Source: Eledone cirrhosa (taxonomy: Eukaryota). From it: a stretch of 64,000 nucleotides of DNA. The stretch covers positions 25,792,001 to 25,856,000 of the forward strand of contig OZ024744.1 in the NCBI GenBank assembly GCA_964016885.1, in the 5' to 3' direction. The notes beneath the pieces are model-generated. The model saw only the letters and a list, made by a program, of their open reading frames with translations. It searched no databases and was not told the origin of the DNA. Shown one piece after another: positions 43,333 to 53,486 of this stretch (its first letter is position 1; each line of letters opens with the position of its first letter). The translations under genes and the position numbers were made by a program.

Positions 43333-45332
43333 AAGGCTAACACAAAAAACAGAGAGAGCGCTGTCAGACAATATAGAGAGAGGGAGACTTTATCAGCATG
43401 TCAACAAGACAGCGTTCCAGCGGGGGTAAATATAAGCGAAAATATTACAAAGGAAAAGAAGGTTGTTACAGATTTAAAATTACCAAATATTTCTAACACA
43501 AACAACACCAACAATAACATCAACAACAACACCAACAAAAACACCAAAAATAACAGCGGTAAAGTCGAGAACGACAATAACAAAAATAAAAGCGGTAAGG
43601 TCGAGAACGACAATAACAAAAATAACAGCGGTAAGGTCGAGAACGACAATAACAATGACAATAACAACAGCCACAACAACAATAATAGTAGGAACAGTAT
43701 CAACAAAAACAACAATAATAACAACAGCCACAATAACAGTAACAGCAGCAACAGTATCAACGAAAACAACACCAACAACTGTACCAGCGAAAAGAACAAC
43801 AATGACACCGATACCTGTAATAACGACCTCAGCACCACCAGTAAGACCAGTAGCAGCAGCAATAGTGGTGCTGCTGAAAAAGGGACCACTTCTTTTGCAG
43901 GTGTCGCCCGAAATATCGAGACAGGGTTAGTCACAGAGGAGGAGATGGCAGTCGCAAGGGCCATGGTGACAAGAAGCGCAAATAGAGTTTCCCTGAAACC
44001 TCCACCCGATTTTTTCAAGGACCAGCAGCTACGAACGGTGACTTACCGCACCGTAAGCAAAATCTCACATCGAGTGGAGAGAGCCACGGAGGCTCAAATC
44101 CAAAAGGCCTTGGGGTGCGTCTGGGCACGCAAAACCCAGTTTACCCGAGGCAGAAAGTACGCCACAGTAGACGTACTTTTCGCCACACCCCAGGAAGCAA
44201 AGTCTCACTCTTTGGAAACCCTAAAGAGTGAGGAGTTAGTCTTGGTGCCCTCCTACTGCGGACAGAAAATTGTGAGGGTCAAAGTGACCCAGGTCCCACC
44301 CGACGTGCCCATACCTTGGCTGGCCGCGTCTGTCCTTGCTGGAATTGAGAACACGGCGACCATGCTGCAAGTAGAAAAAATAGGGAGAGAGAACTGGTCA
44401 GGTATAGGCATGCAAATGCTAATACAAACTGACCAGGAATGTATCGAGGCTATCCCCGATATCATAGACTTTGAGGAAGGACTGCAACTCCCTATAAGTG
44501 TAGAAGGAAGACAGCCAAAATGTTATCTCTGTGGGTCGAAAGGTCACCTCAGGGCCTTTTGCCCGTAGAAGACACCGAAGAGGGCCCCTCTCCTTCCAAT
44601 ACCTGGTCCACTGCTGCCAAGAGCAGGACAGGCAACAAACGAAGATGCCCCTTCCACGGTGAGTAGGAGGGCAACGTCCGTAGCACCCGTACCAAGGCCA
44701 CAGATAACTAAAGCAGCATCATCAGTAGCGGCAACACCAATAGCTACATTTGAAATAGCTACACCAGCAACAACATTGCCGAAGAGGGCTCCACTACCAA
44801 TCCGACATGGAGTTTGAGGCGGGAGTGACGTGGCAAACAGTCTGCCACAAAAAACAAAAAACAAAAAAAACCCTTAGATTCACCCTCCAAAAGCGAAGGC
44901 ATACAACGAGGGGTAAAGGCAGCAAGGAAACTTGCAGCAACACCACCACAAACACCAACAACGCAAACACAAGACACACACACCAAACAGCAACAAGAAG
45001 AAAATGGTAACAAAATCACCCCTCCCCACAAAAAGTACACAGCCATAAACATAGCAAAAAAAGAACTCATAAAATATATAAAGCAGCACACAGACATCAC
45101 GGAAAAAAACTACTACACTCCACCAACACCAAGAACTCTCCCGACAAACATAAGCATCATCGAAATCTTAATAGAACAATACAAACCTTTAAAACAAAAA
45201 TTCCCCAACGCAGTTGGAGACTTCAGAGGTACGGTTACCAAGAGGATATACACTGACATCCTCTTGGAAACACCCATGACCAGCGAAAGGGACGGTTCTA
45301 CTGTCCCTTCACCACATGAACAAGGTAAGTGA
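43333..45332 (+). pseudogene. ORF1 (gag-like nucleic-acid-binding protein) of copy C
   Basis: Start context CAAC-AAG-GCT matches CAAC-ATG-GCT of copy E (ATG apparently mutated). Asn-rich N-terminus, RRM-like YATVDVLFATPQEAK, CCHC knuckle CYLCGSKGHLRAFC, premature TAG at 44566, later frameshifts. Ends QGK* at 45330-45332. Confidence 0.85.
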
Positions 45333-45364
45333 CCCTTTCTCATTTGCCCCGTTTCTCATACAAC

Positions 45365-48300
45365 ATGGCTGTACTCAGAATAGGTAGTATAAATGCACGT
45401 GGCCTGGGGTCATCTAGGAAGCAGGATCACCTGCTCAATGACCTCAGGTCACTAAACATAGATGTGGTGGCCATCAGTGAAACCAGAATCTCCGAGGCAC
45501 GGGCCTTCGCACCGATCTTCGGCGGCTACGATGTATACGCATCTCCCAGCCGTCCAGGATCGAGGGGAGGGTTTGCCATCCTTTTTCGGAGAGGCTTGGA
45601 TCTCGCGATACGGGCCATCTTCCTGGACCCAGAAGTTAAGTCGGTGGTTCTGGATGTCACCGGCAGCGAAGGCATTGCTTTCAGGCTAGTAGCCGACTAC
45701 GCCCCAATAAGATCAGGACGGCCAGATTTCTTCAGACGTCTAGAGACTTTTCTTGGAACGTCCCGCTCTTTAGTGTTAGTGGGCGACTGGAACGGTATCT
45801 TGGATGCACGTTGGGATCGTGTGGGGCTAGTGGATAGGGGAGGAGGGTGCAAGAGCCTCACCAACCTGCTCAGACGTTTTGAACTGTCTGACAGGTATTG
45901 ACTGGATCACCCGAATGTGCCAATGTGGACATGGACAAACCGCATCGGTTCATCCAGATCGTATCTCGATAGGGTATTCTGCAGGGAACTAGATAAGGCT
46001 AGTATAAGTTGTCCACAATTTAAAATAGTCGACTACACAGACCACAAATTTGTGATCTGTGAGATCGACATAGACAGACTTCATAGACAAGGGCCTGGTT
46101 ACTGGAAGCTGAACGCGTCTTTCCCGCCGCGCAAGGCCTACAGAGACCGGATTAGCGTATTAGTTAAGCGGGCGTTGACGGGAGCGGTCGTCAACAACAG
46201 GTGGTGGTTCGCCCTGAAAAGGGCAATTAAAGTAGAGTCGATTAGGTTTAGCAAGGGAGTAGTTATAGAGGAAAATAGAGTAGAGGGAGAGCTAGTCAGA
46301 AAGCTAGAAGAGGCGTTTAGAACAGGCATCGCAACCGACGTGGTTGCGGCGAGATTGGCACTCGACCAATTTTTCAACGCAAAACACAAAGGCTGCGTTG
46401 TCAGAGCTAGAGCGCGTGCTCTGAAACACGAGGGGACAAAAGCCGTCCAATGGGCCCGGGTGGCAAAGGCGCGACGTGGCAATAAAGCCACAATTCGGTC
46501 TTTGTCTGACCAAAACGGGTGCGTGATGCTCGAACCCGAGCGGATGTGTGAAGCTTTTCAGCAGCATTTTGCTGAACTGTTCGGGAGCGGCGGCGGCCCA
46601 GATCGGGGAATGGACTTCAGTGCATACCTCGACGGGCTGCCTCGGCTCTCGACGGGCTGCCTCGGCTCTCGACGACCGCAGCACAGTGTTGCGTAAAGCC
46701 AATAATAGCCGGTGAAATACGCGAAGCGATGGCTAACTGCACAACAGGTAAATCGCCAGGTTTAGATGGTCTGCCCTACGAGCTTTATGCATTTATGCCA
46801 GACTTGTTCGGTGACCTCTTTGCAGACGTCTATTGCAACTGGCAGCAGAACGGGAGCATTCCCAATTTTGTGAGCCGAGGAGCAGTGGCGCTGCTGAGAA
46901 AAGACCCGAACAAGGGGGATGTTATTGATAATTTCAGGCCCATAACCTTGCTAAACGCAGTGTTCAGGATTTTGGCCAAGGTGTTAGCAACGAGGTTGGC
47001 GCTTGTCGTCAAGGGTCTGGTGGGAGAGCGCAGACATGCATCATCCCGGACAGATCCATACACGACAACCTCCACCTCATGCGATACATCATAGAGAGGG
47101 TGGTTAAGCAACCTGGCAAGGGTAGGGCCCTGATCAACTGAGATCAATCCAAAGCATTCGATAGGGTCGACCATCGGTACCTGGCGGCGGTCCTCGAGGC
47201 AGCCGGTTTTGGGCCCGTTTTCAGGCGTTGGATTGCAGCAATGTACAGCGACATCTGCTCAGTTGTGAGGGTGAACGGTCACCTGGCGCAGCCGTTCAGC
47301 ATCATGCGCTCAGTCCGCCAGAGTTGTCCCCTCTCGTCCCTCTTGTACGTATTGGCTCTGGAGCCGTTACTGCACAAACTGGGGGCGATGAGGGGCGTCT
47401 CACGCGAACTCGGATGTGGGAAATCCGAGTCGGCTTACGCTGACGACGTCACCGTGGTGGTGTCGAGCACCAGACACGTCCAGATGCTCGGCACCGCTCT
47501 CAAGGAATACGAAACGGTGACAGGAGCAGAGATAAACCAGGAAAAGTCGGTGGGCTTGCAGCTAGGCACCTGGAGAGGCAAGTCCATGCCGTCCGACTGC
47601 GTCGTGGGGCGTTGGACGGACGGACCGGTTAAATTGCTCGGGGTATGGTTCGGACCGGACCTCCAGATGGAGAAAAACTGGAAGGAGGTGACGAGCAGGG
47701 TGGCCTCCCTCATCCAGAAATGGGCTGAGAGGAAGCTGTCCCTGAAAGGCCTGGCGGAAGTGGCGAATGCGTACATCGCATCCGTCATCTACAACCGCCT
47801 CACCGTCGTCCCTTGCTCCAGCCCAACTCTCACCAAAATGGAGCACCTCCTCTTCCGCTTTTTGTGGAAGGGACGCGCTCCCATGGTCAGACGATCCATC
47901 TGCTGTCAATACCTGTTGCGTGGAGGACTGGGCATGCCATGGTTGATGATGCGCAAACATGCGCTGAGGCTGTGACATCTCTGGTGCTTCCTTGATGGTG
48001 AACGGGTGTGGTCGCCGTTCGCCAGGCACATTTTCCCACAGCTCGTCTCCTTGACGGAGCTGCAGTCCTGGGTCAGAAAAAGACCGAGGGATAGCGCTTG
48101 GAAACTGGCATGTCTCCAGGCGCTCACTGCCCTCTCCCAGTTGGGCACCAGTATCGGTGGAACATCCACCTCGGCGTTCTATAGAGGACTAGTGGAGGGG
48201 AAGAGCGACGACGTTCTCGGAGAGATCCTGGGCGTCGAAGAAGATCAGCTGCTTGCTCTCTTCCGGAGAACTTTCAGCCCGGGGCCTATGGATAACTTCC

Positions 48301-48788
48301 AAAAATCCCTGGCCTGGCAGTGCTACCGGGGAGCGCTGCCGGTTCGAGATAAGCTCTACAGGCACGGAAGTGCCGTCAGCCGAGCCTGTCCGACATGCGC
48401 GCAGAGCGACGAAACCGTTGTGCACGCACTCGTTCAGTGCCCGAGCATTGCTGACTTGTAGAGCTATGTCGAACAGTTGCTGTCACGTGTGGGACTGATC
48501 CGGTTGTCGACTGAGTGCATTGTGCAGATGGTCTCGCCGTCTTCCTTTGAGGAAGAAGGGCAGGCAGTTTTCATCTGCCTGGTGGCCATGGCGAAAGAGA
48601 TTGTGTGGTGGACAAGGTTAAAAGGATTAAAGACAAACACTTTCCTCTTCGGCGAATCCCCAATTAACTTTTTCAAGCTTCACTTGAAGAGGAAAATCAG
48701 GGTGGAGAGGCAAGTGCTGTCTTCTAGCAAGTTTGTTGAAAGGTGGGTGAATGTAGCGAAAATGGTCCGAGTGAATATATGTCTGTAG
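45365..48788 (+). pseudogene. ORF2 (APE-RT-CCHC) of copy C
   Basis: MAVLRIGSINARGLG, ISET, GDWN, YLDRVF, TDH, KSPGLDGLP, YADD, CPTCAQSDETVVHALVQC. Stops at ~45899, ~47973 and ~48459. A 20-bp duplication causes a frameshift at 46631-46670. Confidence 0.94.
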
Positions 48789-49087
48789 TTTGAGAGATGG
48801 AAAAATTGAGAGAGGGCGCTTGCCCTGGTAATCAGGGTGGCCGTGGTCTTTTGTGTGGTTTTCGCCACGAGTAACCCTCGGAGGTTTCCCACCTATTGGG
48901 GACTTTTTCATTGTTTCAATTTTCATTTTATTGTTTATATATATATATGTTTTATGTCTTTTTTCTTTTCTTATATAAATAATAAAAATATTTACACGCA
49001 CAAAACCCACATCATACCGTCCTGTACCGTCCTGTTCCGTCTGCGATGTTTTTCTTTATGTCAGCCCTTGTGGCCAATAAAGAAATC

Positions 49088-49103
49088 ATTATTATTATTA
49101 TTA
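49088..49103. repeat. (ATT)5 tract at the tail-to-tail junction of Tx1 copy C and a Dong-like element
   Basis: Read directly. Confidence 0.95.
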
Positions 49104-49357
49104 CAGTTGCATTTATCTTGCTTTATGTTCATACGAGTTATCACCAAGTCACAACCAGTGACCTCAAGAGACAACAAGGTCCGCCATGTTCAAGAAAGAA
49201 CATACATACTCACACATGCATCTTTAGTGTTTAGACTTGTGATGTACTTATATTGACAGAATCTTCCTTAGTATATGGGAAGTTCCCATTAGTACTATCT
49301 TTTGTATTTCTCCTATACGCGGGTTTCCTGGGATTTGCGATAAGTAATCATTAGACC
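49104..49357 (-). mobile_element. R4/Dong-like RLE retrotransposon, family b, 5'-truncated (~255 bp)
   Basis: Minus strand 49355-49248 reads SNDYLSQIPGNPRIGEIQKIVLMGTSHILRKILSI*. This is homologous to the C-terminus of the neighbouring element (LQKACLLGTARTLRYVLNI*) and is followed by a 3' UTR and (TAA)n. Not listed in the ORF track. Confidence 0.8.
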
Positions 49358-49398
49358 TTATTATTATTATTATTATTATTATTATTGTTATTGTTATT
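49358..49398. repeat. (TTA)n tract with TTG variants
   Basis: Read directly. Confidence 0.95.
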
Positions 49399-51006
49399 CC
49401 TTGAATCTCAGTCATTGATGTTGGTTAACTGGAAAGTCCGTTGGATTGAATATCAAGCCACTACCTGCAGCCTCAGATATTCAGGACGTATCGGAGGGTT
49501 CTTGCCGTTCCAAGCAAGCATGCCTTTTGAAGCGTTCCAAAAAGCGTGAAGGGGCCGATTTTCTTTAACCATCCCTGGAAACCTTTGGAGATAGTCCCCA
49601 GTGCGCCTATGACAATCGGGATCACTTTGACTTCATGGCAGTTCCAAATCCTTTTCACCTCCCACTTTAGGTCCTGGTATCGGTTAATTTTCTCCCTCTC
49701 CTTCTCTTGCACTCTCGTGTCGAACGGGCAGGCCACATCCACAATCAGGCACGATCTTTTTTCTTTGTCCACAACCACCAGGTCAGGTCTATTGTGTTCC
49801 AGTTTTTTGTCCGTCTGTATCCTAAAATCCCACAGCACCTTCACCTGACTGTTCTCCATCACCGCCTCTGGCCTATGCTCATACCATTTCTCAGAATGTG
49901 GTAGATTGTTTACTTTGCACAGGTGCCAGTGGATCACCCTGCCCATCACATCGTGTCTCCAGCCCTTATAGTGGGTCTGGGCTAGGTGTTTACACTCGGA
50001 CACAATGTGAGCCACAGTCTCCTCTCTCCACAGATCCTGCACAGTGGGCTAGCCTCCTCCTTGTAGATATGGTGCTTCAACCACTTCGTTTTGAGGGCCT
50101 GCTCCTGCGCAGCCATTAGCATTCCTTCTGTAGCCTTTTTGAGGTCTCCTCTTCTCAACCAGTTCCATGTCTGTGGATCTCTAAATTCAGTTTTCTCAAA
50201 GAAGGTACTATGAAGGGATTTTCCCTTAAGGCTGCTCTTCCTCCTTGATGTTATTTCCTCCTTGGGTATCCCCTGGCCTACTGTCCCCTCCTTCAGTACA
50301 GCTCTGAGCATTGGCTCCTTACTATAGGTCACGTATTTGTATAGGTTGTTTTTCTCCATCTGAACACAGTCCTCTATGCTGATAAGACCTCTTCCACCCT
50401 CAGATCTCCTTAGGTAGAGTCTATCGACATCACTCCTCTTGTGGAACATGTTGTAGATAGTCAATAGCTTCCTAGTCTTCCTATCCATTTCTTTTTGTTC
50501 AGCAACATTCCATCTCAGAATTCCCGCACTGTACCTAATAATAGACACAGCTCGGGAATTTACTGCGCTTATGGCATTTCTGCTGTTCAGATGTGACTTC
50601 AATACGCTCCTTACTCTCCGAATGTATTCAGTTCTTAACAATTCCTTCATTTTTTTTTTGTTCTTTATGCCATCAGCCTCCAGAACGCCCAAATACTTGT
50701 ATCCTTCTTCAGAGTCAATTTCCTTTATCATCTCACCTGTTGGTATCTGGATCCCGTTACTTCTGCTCAACCTACCCCTCCTCATCACAATGACTCCACA
50801 TTTACCAATACCAAACTGCATACATATATCACTGCTGAAAATACGGACAGTGTCAACAAGCACATCCAACTCCTTCTCACTTTTCCCGAAGAGCTTAAGA
50901 TCGTCCATGAAGAGGAGGTGATTGATGGTAAGCTCTCCCCTTCCCAACTTGTATCCTGCTCTCACTTTTCGCAGCATAATGGTCAAGGGCATCAGGGCAA
51001 GGACAA
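49399..51006 (-). mobile_element. R4/Dong-like RLE non-LTR retrotransposon, family a, 5'-truncated within RT (~1.6 kb)
   Basis: RT C-terminal half, zinc knuckle and restriction-like endonuclease. Short 3' UTR ending GAGATTCAAGG then (AAT)n. (TAA)n on both flanks. Confidence 0.92.
49473..51006 (-). pseudogene. RT-CCHC-RLE ORF remnant of the R4/Dong-like element (one frameshift near 50030-50045)
   Basis: INHLLFMDDLKLF, YKYLGV, GGRGL, CRICG...ETVAHIVSEC, RHD, NRPDLVVVD...IVDVACPFD...EKINRYQDL, VIPIVIGALG. Confidence 0.92.
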
Positions 51007-51034
51007 TATTATTATTATTATTATTATTATTATT
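51007..51034. repeat. (TTA)~9 tract
   Basis: Read directly. Confidence 0.95.
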
Positions 51035-51086
51035 CCTTGAATCTCAGTCATTGATGTTGGTTAACTGGAAAGTCCGTTGGAATGAA

Positions 51087-51089
<3 letters not shown>
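51035..51089 (-). mobile_element. 55-bp 3' terminus of a second family-a Dong-like copy (extreme 5' truncation)
   Basis: Matches 49399-49453 except for one substitution. (TAA)n on both sides. Confidence 0.88.

Positions 51090-51135
<46 letters not shown>
51090..51135. repeat. (TTA)~15 tract preceding Tx1 copy E
   Basis: Read directly. Confidence 0.95.
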
Positions 51136-51349
51136 GAGTGCTATGGTTGACGGAAGCTCGGCTCTGTAAGGTACTGTACATTTTGAACGCTATAACAATT
51201 GTAAATTGTTTAAAACTTAGACCAACTTGTAGACAAAAACACCCTCCTCCTCGTGAGAGGGGTCTTTCTGCCCGTTATTTGGCCCTTCGGGGTTAAATAA
51301 CTGCTTATTGGGGTTTTGTACCCAATATTTATTTTAAACAAAAAACAAC

Positions 51350-53451
51350 ATGGCTACGAAAAAGAAATTTCATAGGTCACTCCCACTAATTCCGTCTTCT
51401 TCTTCCTCAATCATCACTACAGCAGAGAGAAGATTGTCTCTCTCCCTCCCTTCTTTAAATGTGTCTCTCTCCCTCCCTTCTCTTTCGCAAGCGACGAAAG
51501 AAAAGAAAAGTCTCGTGCAAAGCGTGCAAGGTTTCTCCACGACGACGACGACAGCGACGAAACAGGTGTGCGGGAAATACGAAAACCCAGTTCATTCGTC
51601 TGACGTCAGGAATAATAGCAGTAGCAGCCGTAATAACAACAGCAACAGTGACAATGAAAACAACAGTAGCAGCCGCAAAAGCATCAGCAGCAGCATAAAC
51701 AACAACAGCATTAGCAGCAGCAACACCAACAACAACCACAGCAACAGCGGCGGAGGCAGTAGTAGTAGTACCTGCAGCAACAACAAAAGTACCAGCAGCT
51801 CTGACGACAACAACAACAACAGCAGCAAAGAAAAATCAATCTCATTTGCAGGTATTGCGAAAAACTTGGAAACAATCCTCATAACAAATGAGGAATTAGA
51901 GGAAGCGAAGAAGATGGTGATAAAGAATGGACACCGAGCAATCTGCAAGGCAGCGGAAAAATTTTTCGAAACCCAAGAGCACTGTACGGTCACGTACCGT
52001 ACAGTAAGTACAAAATCCCGTAGGGTGGAAAGAGCCACAGAGGCCCAAATACAAAAAGCCTTGGGGTCTGTGTGGCAGCGGAAAACGCACATCACCCGAG
52101 GCAAAAAATATGCCACCGTAGACGTACTTTTTGCCACACCCCAGGAGGCAAAGGCCCAATCAGTAATGACCCTAAGGAGCGAGGAAATGGTGTTGGTGCC
52201 CTCCTACTGCGGGCAAAAAATTGTGAGGGTCAAACTGACCCACGTTCCCCCCGGAATGGCCCCTTCTTGGTTGGCCGCGTCTGTCCTCGTCGGAATCGAG
52301 GACAAAACAACTGTACTGCAAGTACAGAAAAAAGTAAGAGAAGATTGGGTAGGCACCTCCATTGAGATGCTAATCCAAACCAACCAGGAGTGCATCGAAG
52401 CTATCCCGGATGTGATAGACTTCGATAACGGCACTTAACTGCCCATAAGTGTTGAGGGCAAACGCCCGAAATGCTTTCGCTGTGGATCGAAGACTCACCT
52501 CAGGGCCTTCTGCAACGAGAAGACCCTGAGAAAGGAGAAAACCCCCCTCCTTCCGAATCCGGCTCCACGGCTACCAGCAACAAGACAAGCGGCAACCAGG
52601 AACGATAGGTCCGTGGCACCCATACCCATTCCACGGAAATCAAAAACAGCAGCAGCAGTGGAAATATTAACAACAACAACAGCAATACCAAATGCAGCTG
52701 CAACAGAGACTCCAGTGCAAACATCACCAACAACAACAAGTGAAAGAGTGGAGCTGGTACCCCTCCCCGACCTCACAGAATCAGACATGGAGTGTGAGGT
52801 GGGAGAGGGATGGCAAAAGGTCGTAAGAAGGCACAAACGCAGAAGCAGCGCATCGTCGCCTTTGAAAAGGGAGGAAAGAAATGAGAAAAGGGTAAAGTCT
52901 ACTGCAAAGAGACCCACAGCAGCAACACCACCAACACCATCACCGCCCACACTAGCACCACCATCACCACCGGCGACAATCCCACCGCCAACAACACCTT
53001 CAACACCACCACCACAAGCACCAACATCGCAAACACAACAACAAAACACACACACCCAGCAACAACGACAAGAAAATAGCAGAACCACACCCCACCCCCA
53101 GAAAAACAAATGCACGGCAATAAATACACACAACAAGAAACTAATGACTTACATAATTGAACACACAGACATTTCACAACACGACTACATAATACCAGCA
53201 CCAATCAAACGCCAACTAACATAAAACTGCTAAAAATAGCACAGAAACAATACACAAACATTAAAACGAAATTCCCCAACGCAGTTGGTGATTTCAGGGA
53301 CCTAGGAGGAACTATCAATCGAAGAGTATATTCAGACATTCTCTTAGAAGAGCCGACGACCAGCCGAAGGGACGATTCAACGGTCCCTTCACCAGACGAT
53401 CAAGTGAAAAGGGATGTAAAAACCATCCCTCCTCTACCAAAAGTACGGTAA
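51350..53451 (+). pseudogene. ORF1 of copy E
   Basis: ATG at 51350. Asn/Ser-rich N-terminus and RRM-like core homologous to copy C. Premature TAA at 52436, then in-frame CFRCGSKTHLRAFC knuckle and Pro/Thr-rich region. Frameshift at ~53220. Ends PKVR* at 53449-53451. Confidence 0.87.
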
Positions 53452-53486
53452 GTGGTCTTTCCCATCTTTTCCACTCTATTTTAAAC

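Larger units (their letters stand above)
43137..49087 (+). mobile_element. Tx1/L1-like non-LTR retrotransposon copy C, apparently full length (~5.95 kb), degenerate
   Basis: 5' UTR, ORF1 and ORF2, with 3' UTR ending GGCCAATAAAGAAATC. Flanked by (ATT)n on both sides. Confidence 0.94.

Noticed and set aside
49358-51135. Direct repeats at 49399 and 51035 as LTRs of an LTR element
   Set aside because: There are no TG..CA ends, PBS or PPT. The enclosed ORF is a non-LTR RT-RLE, and the repeat is simply its 3' terminus present twice.
44566-52438. Programmed stop-codon readthrough in ORF1 near the zinc knuckle
   Set aside because: The in-frame stops are at different positions in copy C (after the knuckle) and copy E (before it, where C has CAA), consistent with independent nonsense mutations.
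43401-53204. Minus-strand Leu/Val-rich ORFs (e.g. 43401-44018, 51592-52137, 52495-53136) as membrane proteins
   Set aside because: They are antisense shadows of the AAC/AGC/ACC-rich ORF1 low-complexity regions.
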